Assembly (NCBI GenBank): GCA_049675725.1
Contig: JBAUAN010000218.1
Location: forward strand, 1,806-65,805
Source: Candidatus Sulfotelmatobacter sp.
GTDB taxonomy: Bacteria > Acidobacteriota > Terriglobia > Terriglobales > Acidobacteriaceae
Direction: 5' to 3'
DNA: 64,000 nucleotides
Shown: one piece after another, positions 25,696 through 35,895 of the stretch
Numbering within the stretch: the stretch's first letter is position 1
How the letters are laid out: each line of letters begins with the position of its first letter
Notes under the pieces: generated by a model
The model's database searches: none
Told to the model about the DNA's origin: nothing
The model's input: only the letters and a program-made list of their open reading frames with translations
Translations under genes and position numbers: made by a program

Positions 25696-27213
25696 ATCAG
25701 GTTTCTCGGCATTGATGTAGGGACCAGCGGCACGCGTGCGCTCGTGATCGACGAACTCGGCAAGGTGATCGCTTCCGGGTCGGAAGAGCACGCCGCATTC
25801 GCCAGCCCCAGCCCGGGCTGGGCGGAGCAGGATCCGCGCGATTGGTGGCGGGCCAGCGGCGTGGCCGTGCGGAAGGCGCTGGGTTCGGCGGGCGTAGCTG
25901 CGGACGAAATCGCCGGCGTGGGTTTTTCCGGGCAGATGCACGGAGCGGTGTTGCTCGATGCGAACGATGACGTCGTGCGCAACGCCATCATCTGGTGCGA
26001 CCAGCGCTCGGAGGCGCAGGGCAAAGAGCTGGACGAAATGTTCGGTCCGGGCCGGCTGATTCAACTTACCTGCAACCCTCCACTGACCAACTTCACTCTG
26101 ACCAAACTGCTATGGGTGCGCGAAACCGAGCCCGCGAACTGGGCTCGCGTGGCGCATGTGATGCTGCCCAAGGACTACGTGCGATTCCGCCTTACCGGAG
26201 ACCGGGCCACCGATATGGCGGACGCTTCCGGAACGCTGTTGCTCGATGTGGCGAACCGGCGCTGGTCGGCGGAGGTGCTGAGCAAGACCGGAATCAGCCA
26301 ACAATTGCTTCCGCAACTTTATGAGTCGCCGCAGGTTTGCGGACGCGTGTCAGCGGCGGGCGCCCAGACGACCGGATTGCGCGCCGCGACTCCGGTGGTG
26401 GCGGGCGCGGGAGATCAAGCGGCGGGCGCGGTTGGAATGGGCATTGTGCGCGCGGGCGCGGTGAGCGCCACGATTGGGACATCGGGCGTGGTCTTTGCCG
26501 CCACGGACCGGCCGGCTCTCGATCCGCGCGGACGGATCCACACGTTTTGTCATGCGGTTCCGGGGCGCTGGCACGTGATGGGAGTCACCCAGGCGGCGGG
26601 GTTGTCCCTGCGCTGGTTCCGGGATCGGTTCGGAGTGCCTGCGCAGAATGGGCGCGATCCGTATAACGTATTATCGGAAGAAGCTGGTTCCGCGCCGGAG
26701 GGTTCCGCGGGTGTTTTCTGGCTGCCTTACCTGATGGGCGAGCGCACGCCGCACTTAGATCCGAACGCACGTGCGGCGTTGGTGGGACTCTCGGCGTCGC
26801 ACACGCGCGCGCATGTGGTGCGGGCAATTCTGGAAGGCGTTGCCTACAGCCTGAAAGACACGTTCACGATTTTCGAAGAGATGAAGATTCCGGTGACGCG
26901 AATCCGGCTTGGCGGCGGCGGCGCGCGTTCTGCGCTCTGGCGACAAATCCAGGCCGACGTTTACGGACACGAAGTGGAAATCGTCGAAGCGGAAGAAGGC
27001 GCCGCTTACGGGGCGGCAATTTTGGCGGGGGCCGGCGCCGGCGCATGGACCTCGGTGGACGAGGCTTGCGATGCTGTGATTCGCGTGGCTTCTCGCGTTG
27101 CTCCCAGCGCTCAGGGCGTGCTCACGATGCAGGACGGATATGGCACCTTTAGGGCAATTTATCCGGCGTTGCACCGTGCATTCGCAAGGGAATTGCCACG
27201 GCCAACGCCGTAA
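25696..27213 (+). CDS. xylB: Xylulokinase (FGGY family), probable non-canonical ATC start
   Basis: FGGY motifs are present (GGGGARSALWRQIQADV etc.). The conserved phosphate-1 motif RFLGIDVGTSGTR is in frame upstream of the first canonical start (GTG 25744), and there is no ATG, GTG or TTG back to the in-frame stop at 25543. GGAGG (25686-25690) lies 5 nt before ATC 25696. Confidence 0.85.
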   Translation: MRFLGIDVGTSGTRALVIDELGKVIASGSEEHAAFASPSPGWAEQDPRDWWRASGVAVRKALGSAGVAADEIAGVGFSGQMHGAVLLDANDDVVRNAIIWCDQRSEAQGKELDEMFGPGRLIQLTCNPPLTNFTLTKLLWVRETEPANWARVAHVMLPKDYVRFRLTGDRATDMADASGTLLLDVANRRWSAEVLSKTGISQQLLPQLYESPQVCGRVSAAGAQTTGLRAATPVVAGAGDQAAGAVGMGIVRAGAVSATIGTSGVVFAATDRPALDPRGRIHTFCHAVPGRWHVMGVTQAAGLSLRWFRDRFGVPAQNGRDPYNVLSEEAGSAPEGSAGVFWLPYLMGERTPHLDPNARAALVGLSASHTRAHVVRAILEGVAYSLKDTFTIFEEMKIPVTRIRLGGGGARSALWRQIQADVYGHEVEIVEAEEGAAYGAAILAGAGAGAWTSVDEACDAVIRVASRVAPSAQGVLTMQDGYGTFRAIYPALHRAFARELPRPTP

Positions 27214-27221
27214 ACGTTCAC
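27210..27221. promoter_or_regulatory. GTAAACGTTCAC, candidate LacI-family operator (11/12 match to the perfect palindrome)
   Basis: Overlaps the xylB stop codon and lies about 60 bp upstream of the GH115 start at 27280. Confidence 0.4.
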
Positions 27222-27279
27222 GGAGTTTCCCGGCTCGCATGCTGCCCGCTTGCGGTCCAATTTCTGGAGAGAAAGCCTG

Positions 27280-30228
27280 ATGCGGCAATCCCCCTCATCG
27301 CCCCCGCTGGCTCGCGCAAGTTTCCAGGAGATGATTCCGCTTTCGATCATTTCGCTCTTCTCACTCTTCTTCTTTTTGTTTGCCGGCGGAATTCAGGACG
27401 GAATGGCGATTGGCCAGCAGCGCTACGTCGAAAGTTCGCGCCGTCCCGGTAGTTTCGTTCTCGCCGACAACAGCAATCTCGCGACGATCTACGTGGAGGA
27501 AAACGATTACTGGGGCGTGGTACGGGCGGCGCATGACTTGCAACAGGACATTTCGCGCGTGACCGGGCGTACTCCTGACCTCGGGAACCAGAAAAACGGG
27601 ATTACGAAAAACGCAATCATCATCGGCACGGTCGGAAAGAGCACGCTGATTGATCAGCTTGTTTCCTCCGGAAAACTTGATGTAACGGCGATCCGAGGCA
27701 AGTGGGAATTTTTTCTGATCCAAGTGGTGCCGAACCTGATGCCGGGAGTGCGTTCCGCGCTGGTGATCGCGGGCAGCGATAAGCGGGGCACGATCTACGG
27801 CATCTACGACCTCTCGGAACAGATTGGAGTCTCGCCGTGGTACTGGTGGGCCGACGTTCCGGCGGCGCATCGCGGCGAAATTTTCATAAAGCCTGGACGA
27901 TATGTGCAAGGGCCGGTGGTGAAGTATCGCGGCATTTTCTTGAATGACGAAGCGCCGGCGCTGAGCAGATGGACAAAGGAAAAATTCGGAGGCTTCAACC
28001 ATCAATTTTACGAAAAAGTTTTCGAACTGCTGCTGCGGCTCAAAGGGAACTATTTGTGGCCGGCGATGTGGAACAGCGCGTTCAACGCGGATGATCCGTT
28101 GAATCCGAAGCTGGCCGATCAATACGGCATCGTGATGGGAACGTCGCATCACGAGCCCATGATGCGGGCGTGGAAGGAATGGGAACGAAGCGGCAAGGGT
28201 CCCTGGGATTACTCCACGAATGCCGCCGAGTTGCGTGAGTATTGGAAGCAGGGAATCGAACGCAACGATGGCTATGAAAGCGTGATCACCCTGGGCATGC
28301 GGGGGAACGGCGATCTGCCCATGGCGGAGACGGATGATCGCGCGCTGCTGGAAAAAATCGTTGCGGACCAGCGCAAGATTATCGGCGACGTGCTGCACAC
28401 CGACCCTTCAACAGTTCCGCAGGACTGGGCGCTGTACAAAGAAGTGCAGCAATATTACGAGCACGGGATGCGTGTTCCCGACGATGTGACGCTGCTCTGG
28501 TGCGACGACAACTGGGGCAACATCCGCCGCTTGCCGACGGAGGAAGAACGGAAACGCAACGGCGGGGCCGGTATCTACTATCACTTCGATTATGTGGGAG
28601 ATCCCCGCTCTTATAAATGGATCAACACGAATCCTCTGCCAAAGGTATGGGAACAGATGAACCTCGCCTACCACTATGGCGCAAACCGCATCTGGGTGGT
28701 GAACGTGGGCGACCTGAAGCCGCTGGAAGTTCCCATCGAGTTCTTTCTGAATATGGCTTGGAATCCTTCGGCCTGGACGAATGAGAACGTTGGCGAGTTC
28801 ACCAGACTCTGGGCGGAACGCGAGTTTGGACCCGAGCACGCTTCCGCAATCGCCGGCATCGTCTCGAAATATGCAAAGTTCAATGGGCGGCGAAAGCCGG
28901 AACTGCTTGATCCGGAAACCTTCAGTCTGGTTGATTATCAAGAGGCAGATCGTGTTCTCGACGAATTCAAGGCGATCACGGCGGAGGCGGAAAAGATTGC
29001 CAGCCAACTGAACGAGAACCAGCGCGATGCGTTCTTCGAGTTAGTGCTTCATCCCGCGAAAGCTCCGGAGTTGGTGACGGAGCTTTACACGACTGTCGGC
29101 AGGAATCACTTGTCTGCGACCCAGGGGCGCGCCAGCACCAACGATCTGGCGGCGCAAGCCCGCGCTTTGTTCCAGGCCGACGCCGATCTTTCGAACGAAT
29201 ACAACCACACGCTGGCGCACGGCAAATGGGACCACATGATGGATCAAACGCACATTGGCTACACCAGTTGGAGAGATCCGCCGGTGAACGTGATGCCTGC
29301 GGTGACGGAGATTTCTGTTCCCGATGCGGCCGCGATGGGAGTTGCGGTGGAAGGATCGGCTTCCGCCTGGCCGGGCGCTGCGGGAGAACCGGTGCTTCCG
29401 GAATTCGACGTGTACAATCAACAGCGGCGATACGTGGATGTTTTCAACCGAGGGAAGGCTGTTTTTGGTTTCACCGCATCATCGAGTTCGCCGTGGATCT
29501 TGTTAAGCGCGGATCACGGGACAATTCAGAAAGAACAGCGCCTCTGGGTGACAATGGATTGGGAAAAGGCTCCTAAGGGCTCGAGTAGTGGCTACATCTC
29601 CATCGCCGCAACCGACGCGGGCGCTGGTGCGGTGAAAATAAAAGTGGAAGCCTTCAATCCTGCCGGACCGGCGCGAGACTCGCTGCACGGTTTTGTGGAA
29701 GCAGACGGCTATGTCTCCATCGAGGCGGAACACTTTACGCGACGAGCCAACCTCGATTCGGCGTACTGGGAAAAGATTGACGACTATGGCCGGACGTTGT
29801 CGGGCATGACTGTGCTTCCAGTTACGGCGCCGAGCATCTTGCCGCCCGCGTCTGTTCCGTGCCTGGAATATCAAGCCTATTTGTTCGACCCGGAAAAAGT
29901 TGAAGTGGAGGCTATCCTCGGTCCGACCTTGAATTTTGTTCCCGGCCGCGGTCTGCGTTATGCGATTTCGTTCGATGATCAGCCGCTGCAGGTCGTGGAC
30001 GCGCTGGCTCACAATTCGATTGACGACTGGGCGACTTCGGTCAAGGACAGCGTTCGCAAGGTGACATCTGAGCACACGGTTACGGGCACGGGATACCACA
30101 CGCTGAAGTTCTGCATGGTAGATCCAGGAGTTGTGCTCGAGAAATTGGTGCTCAACCTGGGAGGCGTGAAGCCCAGTTATCTTGGCCCGCCGGAGAGCTT
30201 CCGCGGTGTTGAGCATGCGGTGAGATAG
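27280..30228 (+). CDS. Glycoside hydrolase family 115-like (xylan alpha-glucuronidase)
   Basis: About 980 aa. Motifs I associate with GH115 are present (MGTSHHEPMMRAW, ITLGMRGNGDLPM, YYHFDYVGDPRSYKWINT). The N-terminus is hydrophobic (IISLFSLFFFLFAGG). Start chosen at the ATG at 27280, preceded by GGAGAG; the ORF opens at the TTG at 27250. Family assigned from memory. Confidence 0.7.
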   Translation: MRQSPSSPPLARASFQEMIPLSIISLFSLFFFLFAGGIQDGMAIGQQRYVESSRRPGSFVLADNSNLATIYVEENDYWGVVRAAHDLQQDISRVTGRTPDLGNQKNGITKNAIIIGTVGKSTLIDQLVSSGKLDVTAIRGKWEFFLIQVVPNLMPGVRSALVIAGSDKRGTIYGIYDLSEQIGVSPWYWWADVPAAHRGEIFIKPGRYVQGPVVKYRGIFLNDEAPALSRWTKEKFGGFNHQFYEKVFELLLRLKGNYLWPAMWNSAFNADDPLNPKLADQYGIVMGTSHHEPMMRAWKEWERSGKGPWDYSTNAAELREYWKQGIERNDGYESVITLGMRGNGDLPMAETDDRALLEKIVADQRKIIGDVLHTDPSTVPQDWALYKEVQQYYEHGMRVPDDVTLLWCDDNWGNIRRLPTEEERKRNGGAGIYYHFDYVGDPRSYKWINTNPLPKVWEQMNLAYHYGANRIWVVNVGDLKPLEVPIEFFLNMAWNPSAWTNENVGEFTRLWAEREFGPEHASAIAGIVSKYAKFNGRRKPELLDPETFSLVDYQEADRVLDEFKAITAEAEKIASQLNENQRDAFFELVLHPAKAPELVTELYTTVGRNHLSATQGRASTNDLAAQARALFQADADLSNEYNHTLAHGKWDHMMDQTHIGYTSWRDPPVNVMPAVTEISVPDAAAMGVAVEGSASAWPGAAGEPVLPEFDVYNQQRRYVDVFNRGKAVFGFTASSSSPWILLSADHGTIQKEQRLWVTMDWEKAPKGSSSGYISIAATDAGAGAVKIKVEAFNPAGPARDSLHGFVEADGYVSIEAEHFTRRANLDSAYWEKIDDYGRTLSGMTVLPVTAPSILPPASVPCLEYQAYLFDPEKVEVEAILGPTLNFVPGRGLRYAISFDDQPLQVVDALAHNSIDDWATSVKDSVRKVTSEHTVTGTGYHTLKFCMVDPGVVLEKLVLNLGGVKPSYLGPPESFRGVEHAVR

Positions 30229-30307
30229 AGGTGAGGGTGAGCCGAGCCCTCCCGATCCAGTTACGCCGCGGTTCTTCACCACATAGCTTGTAGTTATACA
30301 ATATCTT

Positions 30308-32035
30308 CTACTGCGCCGGTTCCTTCACCACCACGACGCGATCGCCGGCCACGTCGCGCATTTGCTGTACGATCCCGGACGGCCAATGGATTTCGACCAG
30401 ATCCGCTGACGCATTTTGCCCCAGTCCAAAGTGCACGGGACCGGCGCTCGACGACGCATAGCCGGCGCTGGTAGTCATGTGGTTATATTGCGCGCCGCTT
30501 TTGGTCACGACCTTGATGCGAGCTCCGATTCCGTCGCGGTTGCTCTTCGTTCCTTGTAGCTTGAACTCCAGCCAATGATTCTTGCCGGGACTCTGGTTCA
30601 TCCAGATTTCCGCGGGCGCGTGGATGGCGCTGACCACAACGTCGAGACGCCCATCGCCGTTCAGGTCGCCGATCGCCGATCCCCGATGCCGCGACGGCGG
30701 GAACGAGGTGAATCCGGCGTCGGCGGTCAATGCTGAAAACTTCATGCCACCGAGATTGCGGAAGACGGTGTTCGGCTGCTCCACCACAATGCGGGGCGCG
30801 GATAGGAGCGACTGCACATGTCCCCGCGAAACGAAAATATCTTTCCAGCCGTCGTTGTCGAAATCTGCGATGTTCGGAGAATAGCCCGCCATGGGCAGAC
30901 TGAGCGCGGCCATACCGCTCTGTTCGGTGACTTCCACAAAGCTGCCTTTTCCTGTGTTCTTGTAGATCGGGAAGGTTTCGTTATCGAGCGCGACCAGGCA
31001 GATGTCGGGATAGCCGTCGTTATCGAGATCACGGAAATCGACGCCCATGCCGGAGATGAACGTGCCGTCTTCGCGCAATGCGACGTTCACGTCGAATCCC
31101 GCTTCGTCGAACTTGCCTCCACCTTTGTTTCGGAAAAACCAGTTGAACAGCTTATCGTTGGTGACGATCAAATCCATCTTGCCATCGAAGGTGGAATCGG
31201 CTGCGGCTACGCTCATCCCTTTGCCGGGATGCGCGCGAAAGCCGGACTCAACCGAGGCATCGCGGAAGGTCCCATCGCCGTTATTGATGAACAATTGGTT
31301 CGGCGTGGGCTTGTACATCTTGGGATGGCAATAGTCGCGATGCCCATAGGCTTCGCAGACCGGCTCGTGGTCGACATCCCACTTCAAGTAATTAATAACG
31401 ATGAGGTCGAGCAGGCCATCGTTGTTGACGTCAACCCATGCGGCTGCCACCGACCACAGCGGGCCATACTCCTTGTCGGGCTTGTTGAGTCCGGCTTTCG
31501 CCGTGACGTCGGTAAAGGTGCCGTCTCCGTTGTTGTGATACAGAGTGTTGCGGTAGACGCCGGCAACAAAAATATCTTCGTAGCCGTCGTTGTCGTAGTC
31601 GCCGACGGAAACGCCCATGTCGTAGCCGGTGCCCGCCAAGCCAGCTTTTTCTGTGACGTCGGTGAAGTGTCCCTTGCCGTCGTTTTCAAAAAGACGGTTG
31701 CGATATTTCGGCGAACTCTTCCGGAGAGTGTGGATGTCGGCGCCATTGGTGAAAAAAATATCCAGCTTGCCATCGTTGTTGTAATCGAACACGGCCACGC
31801 CTCCGGCCATGGTTTCAGGGGCATGACGTTCGGGCGTTTCGTCGGTCTCCAGTTTGAAATCGATCGGCTGGTAGGAGAAGCGGATCGGGCTATCGGTGCT
31901 GGCAGGCTCAGCCGAGGATGTGGGCGCTTTCGGCGCCGACTGCGGATGCAGCGCCGGTTGCGGCATTAAGATCGCGAGCAGAAGCAGTAGTGTCAGCGAG
32001 CCGGCAAAGCTGCGGATGTTCATCTCCCGAGGCAC
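30308..32035 (-). CDS. CRTAC1-family protein (FG-GAP/VCBS repeats plus ASPIC/UnbV domain)
   Basis: Signal peptide, then repeated Ca-binding FG-GAP loops (DYNNDGKLDIFF, DYDNDGYEDIFV, DVNNDGLLDLIV, DLDNDGYPDI, DFDNDGWKDIFV, DLNGDGRLDVVV). The C-terminal ASPIC/UnbV-like part reads SNRDGIGARIKV...GYASSS. Confidence 0.88.
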   Translation of the reverse strand: MPREMNIRSFAGSLTLLLLLAILMPQPALHPQSAPKAPTSSAEPASTDSPIRFSYQPIDFKLETDETPERHAPETMAGGVAVFDYNNDGKLDIFFTNGADIHTLRKSSPKYRNRLFENDGKGHFTDVTEKAGLAGTGYDMGVSVGDYDNDGYEDIFVAGVYRNTLYHNNGDGTFTDVTAKAGLNKPDKEYGPLWSVAAAWVDVNNDGLLDLIVINYLKWDVDHEPVCEAYGHRDYCHPKMYKPTPNQLFINNGDGTFRDASVESGFRAHPGKGMSVAAADSTFDGKMDLIVTNDKLFNWFFRNKGGGKFDEAGFDVNVALREDGTFISGMGVDFRDLDNDGYPDICLVALDNETFPIYKNTGKGSFVEVTEQSGMAALSLPMAGYSPNIADFDNDGWKDIFVSRGHVQSLLSAPRIVVEQPNTVFRNLGGMKFSALTADAGFTSFPPSRHRGSAIGDLNGDGRLDVVVSAIHAPAEIWMNQSPGKNHWLEFKLQGTKSNRDGIGARIKVVTKSGAQYNHMTTSAGYASSSAGPVHFGLGQNASADLVEIHWPSGIVQQMRDVAGDRVVVVKEPAQ

Positions 32036-32217
32036 ATGTGGTCTGCTCCCATCTTACCCCGGGAGATCGCGACAAACGACAGAAGAGCTTCGCTCAAGGC
32101 GCGTAAGCGGGAACATGAGTGAAATCGCGATTTTCCGCCGACGGAGAGGAGCCGGCTCCATCCGGTTGATGGACACGTTATCTAAGCCAAGTGACCGCGA
32201 AGAGTTTGAGCCTATGC

Positions 32218-32832
32218 CTAGTGGAATAGGAGTCTGGTCTCTCCTTGTGAAGTGTTCTCTGCCATGATCTTGGCATAGGCGACTTGAGTGCCCGATTGCA
32301 TCCACACAAAGATCGGCCCGCCCGTTTTCTTATTATCAACACAACCAATTTCGAAGTTCTCCGCCGGTGGCCGCACCACGTCTGATCCCAATTCAGTGCG
32401 ACCCAAGTCGTACTGCTCACCCGGATAAGGCATTCCCCACTCGCCAGTCTTTTTGCTGATAATTAGGGTCCATGGAGGTTTGCCCTGGTCCACGACGAAT
32501 AGGGTGTAGCTGCCAGTAGGTATCTCCGTGGGACTGTCGAGAGGGGGAATGACCATCCGTTCGCTGACGCGAAAAGCAGCTGCCTCATAAGGCCTCGCGC
32601 GCCACACATCGCCACCGGATACGTTGGATGCGCCCGTAGCCTTCCGCCCAAAGGTGATCGTGCTTCCATCGGAGAACGTGCACTCGGATTGTGGTCCTCG
32701 ACTGAGTACCCGCGATTTGTTCTCATCGCTCGTGCCGCGCGAGAAGAGCGGAGCGGCGAGAGCCAGAGCGGCTGCACCCAGCAAAATTGCAGCGCGGTAG
32801 ACGAAGTTGCGCATCTTGTCTAAGATTTGCAT
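32218..32832 (-). CDS. DUF2911 domain protein (second paralogue in the window)
   Basis: N-terminal hydrophobic anchor (AAILLGAAALALAAPLF). DUF2911-like core (GDVWRARPYEAAAF...PTGSYTLFVVDQGKPPWTLIISKKTGEWGMPY). ATG 32832 is preceded by GGAGAG; the ORF opens at the TTG at 32856. Confidence 0.78.
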   Translation of the reverse strand: MQILDKMRNFVYRAAILLGAAALALAAPLFSRGTSDENKSRVLSRGPQSECTFSDGSTITFGRKATGASNVSGGDVWRARPYEAAAFRVSERMVIPPLDSPTEIPTGSYTLFVVDQGKPPWTLIISKKTGEWGMPYPGEQYDLGRTELGSDVVRPPAENFEIGCVDNKKTGGPIFVWMQSGTQVAYAKIMAENTSQGETRLLFH

Positions 32833-33036
32833 TTCACTCTCCAGCTCTGCCTGCAATTCACATTATCCCCCAAAACGTGAGGCACTGGCACGTAAGTGTC
32901 GAGAACAGCCGGAGCGTTCAAAACCCCGACCCAGAGTTAGACTGTGTTCTTGACATGTGGCGGCCCGTTCAACGACACAGAGGGCACCCTCGGGCCGCGT
33001 CACCGCATGAACCATGAATGAGCTTGCCGTGACTGC

Positions 33037-35682
33037 TTACTCCGGCAGTTTCTGCTCTCCCTGGATCATCAAGTGAGACTCGGCGTGGGGCGCGCCTGTT
33101 CCCGGCTGTCCTCCGCCGACGGTGATCAGGTAGTCGCCGGTGGAGACGAAACGATCTCCTGCATCATTCACGTAGCTGAGGTCGCGCGGACTCAGGGTGA
33201 GCTTTACGTGTTTCTGCTCGCCGGCCTTCAGGTGGACGCGGGTGAATCCGCGCAACGCGCGCAAGGGTGTGCCCGGCAGCTTGGGGAAGCTGATATACAG
33301 TTCCGCGACCTCGTCGCCATCCCGCTTGCCCGTGTTCTTGATATCCACTTCAACATCCAGCGGGTCGCCTGCATTCAGGGAAGGGTTCGACAGCTTCATA
33401 CCGCTGTATTCGAAGGTTGTGTAACTCAGGCCGTGCCCAAAGCCATACAAGGGCTCTCCCGTGAAGTAGCGATAAGTGCGGTTCTTCATCGCGTAGTCTT
33501 CAAACTCCGGCAACTGCTCCGTCCCTTTGTAGAAAGTCACGGGCAAACGTCCGGCGGGATTGTTCACTCCAGCCAAAGTCTGAGCAATCGCCGTTCCGCC
33601 TTCTTCACCGGAATACCACGCGTCGAGAATCGCGTTGGCGTGATCGTTCGCCCAATTCACCGCGAGAGCGCTGCCGTTCATCAGCACGACAACAAGCGGC
33701 TTGCCGCTGCCCTTCAAAGCTCCGAGCAGCGCCTCTTCTTCCGCGGGCAGGTTGAGGCTGGTGCGGTCGCCGCCGCGGAATCCGGGCAAGTCAACCTTCA
33801 TTTCTTCGCCTTCGAGCTTCGAGGTGATGCCCACCACTGCAACCACGACGTCGGCCTGCCGTGCCGCGGAAACGGCCTCCACCAGCGGGTCGCCGCTGAC
33901 TGGCAGCCAGATCAGCTTGCTGATGCGTCCGCCCGCCATGTACTCGACTTTCACCGCGTAGCGATGCCCTTTTGTCAGCTGAAGCTTGGCTACTTGCGGA
34001 TTGGGATCGTGTCCTACGGCGTCATCGACGACAAGTTTGCCGTCGAGCCACAAGCGCTGCATGGAGCCCATCAGGCCGATCTGATAGGTGCCCGATTCGG
34101 CGGGCGTGAGGAATCCTGTCCAGCGCACAGAAAAATCCTTCATGCCGGCGGGCACAGGAAGCGCATGGGAATCTGGATGAGAAAGTTGAAGATCGACGTA
34201 GGGATCGACTCGAGTGAGATGCGGGGTTCCTGATAGATCTCCGGTGAAGTACTCGCCCTTGAGTCCGGGCTTTCCGTCATCTGTGGATAACATCGAAGTT
34301 GGGATCACGGGATGCTCGCGCAGGAAGTCAGTGCCCGGCTGAAACGAAACCTGAGCTCCGGAAAACTGCTTGCGAATGCCTTCCAGCGCCGTGACGGCGT
34401 GCGAGGCCGTACCGCTGTAATTGCCGTGCAAAACCTGGGTAGACTCCGCCAGCGGACCGACGACCAGAATTTTCTTCACGCTGGGCGCGAGCGGGAGCAC
34501 GCCGTCGTTCTTCAGCAGTACCATCGATTCGCGCGCGGTCTTCAGAGCGAGCTCGCGGTGCGGTGCGCTATCGATTTCGGAATCCGGCGTGAGCGCGTAG
34601 GGAACCGTCGCGGGAGGATCGAACATTCCGAGCCGCATGCGCGCGGTGAAAAGCCGCCTTAGAGAAGTGTCGAGATCGGCTTCGGTGAGCAGACCCTGCT
34701 TCACCGCATCGATGAACGGTTTGTAGTCGTGGTCGTCTTTAGTAATAGTGAAGAAGTCGGCGCATTCGTTGTCCATCCCGGTCTTGATCGCCACTGCGGC
34801 AGCTTCCGCCTGGCTCTTGACGAAGTGGTGGCCTTCAAAGATGTCGACGATGGCGTCGCAATCGGAAACGACATAGCCGTTAAACTTCCATGCATCCCGC
34901 AATTGGTCTTTCAATAGAAAGGTGTTCGCGCAGGCGGGCTGGCCGTTCACGCGGTTATAGGCGCACATCACCGATTCGGCTTTGCCTTCGGTCACGGCCG
35001 CGCGAAACGCGGGCAGGTAGGTGTCTTCCATGTCGTGCTTGGAGACCTGCACGTCAATGCTGTGCCGCGACGGCTCGGGGCCGCTATGCACCGCAAAATG
35101 TTTTGGGGTCGAGATCACGCGAAAATACTTGGGATCGTCTCCCTGCAGCCCGGTCACGAACGCCACTCCCATGCGCCCGGTGAGAAACGGATCTTCGCCA
35201 TACGTTTCCTGGCCACGTCCCCAGCGCGGATCGCGGAAGATGTTGATGTTCGGCGACCAGAAATCCAGCCCTTCCATAATGTCGCGCCGGCCGGCGCGCA
35301 CCGCCTGGTTGTGCTTCGCTCGTGCCTCCGTGCCGATCACCACCGCCATCTCGTGAATCAACGGAGAATCAAAAGTGGCCGCCAGCCCGATGGGCTCGGG
35401 AAACACCGTCGCCGTGCCTGCATTGGCAACGCCGTGCAGCGCCTCACTCCACCAGTCGTAGTTGGGAATCTGGAGCCGGGGAATCGCCCTTGCCTGGTTG
35501 ACCAACTGGGACGCCTTCTCTTCCAGCGTCATCTGTGAGATCAAGTCGTCAACGCGCACGTTGATCGGTTGAGCGGGATCGAGGTAGACGCTGCTACTCG
35601 GCGCCTGGGCCGCAGAACTTGCAAAACCTAGAACCACAATAATAGCCACTTGCAGGGTGGTTCGAATACGCATTTCGGGCAT
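33037..35682 (-). CDS. Glycoside hydrolase family 3 with PA14 insertion (beta-xylosidase/beta-glucosidase)
   Basis: 881 aa with a signal peptide. GH3 motifs are KHFAVHSGPE and GYVVSDCDAI (nucleophile Asp). A PA14-like insert (GLKGEYFTGDLSGTP...VRWTGFLTP) and a C-terminal Fn3-like domain are present. Substrate is inferred from context only. Confidence 0.9.
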   Translation of the reverse strand: MPEMRIRTTLQVAIIVVLGFASSAAQAPSSSVYLDPAQPINVRVDDLISQMTLEEKASQLVNQARAIPRLQIPNYDWWSEALHGVANAGTATVFPEPIGLAATFDSPLIHEMAVVIGTEARAKHNQAVRAGRRDIMEGLDFWSPNINIFRDPRWGRGQETYGEDPFLTGRMGVAFVTGLQGDDPKYFRVISTPKHFAVHSGPEPSRHSIDVQVSKHDMEDTYLPAFRAAVTEGKAESVMCAYNRVNGQPACANTFLLKDQLRDAWKFNGYVVSDCDAIVDIFEGHHFVKSQAEAAAVAIKTGMDNECADFFTITKDDHDYKPFIDAVKQGLLTEADLDTSLRRLFTARMRLGMFDPPATVPYALTPDSEIDSAPHRELALKTARESMVLLKNDGVLPLAPSVKKILVVGPLAESTQVLHGNYSGTASHAVTALEGIRKQFSGAQVSFQPGTDFLREHPVIPTSMLSTDDGKPGLKGEYFTGDLSGTPHLTRVDPYVDLQLSHPDSHALPVPAGMKDFSVRWTGFLTPAESGTYQIGLMGSMQRLWLDGKLVVDDAVGHDPNPQVAKLQLTKGHRYAVKVEYMAGGRISKLIWLPVSGDPLVEAVSAARQADVVVAVVGITSKLEGEEMKVDLPGFRGGDRTSLNLPAEEEALLGALKGSGKPLVVVLMNGSALAVNWANDHANAILDAWYSGEEGGTAIAQTLAGVNNPAGRLPVTFYKGTEQLPEFEDYAMKNRTYRYFTGEPLYGFGHGLSYTTFEYSGMKLSNPSLNAGDPLDVEVDIKNTGKRDGDEVAELYISFPKLPGTPLRALRGFTRVHLKAGEQKHVKLTLSPRDLSYVNDAGDRFVSTGDYLITVGGGQPGTGAPHAESHLMIQGEQKLPE

Positions 35683-35750
35683 GATGGGTCTCCTCGGGAA
35701 CCCGCACGGTCAATCGGCTGGCGAGAGCGTAATGTTTCTAGATGTCTTGC

Positions 35751-35762
35751 GTTAACGATTAC
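35751..35762. promoter_or_regulatory. GTTAACGATTAC (reverse complement GTAATCGTTAAC), candidate LacI-family operator (10/12 match)
   Basis: Lies about 70 bp upstream of the GH3 start (35682, minus strand). This is the weakest of the four copies. Confidence 0.3.
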
Positions 35763-35895
35763 GGTCGTCGGTCGCTTGTAGCACAGCGCAATTCCTACGG
35801 TCAAGGAGGCGAGCCGCACACGACCTCGAAGATGAGGATTGATTGGAGACGGGCGAGTCCGATTTACGTCTTTATTATTTTAGTTCGCCATCATT

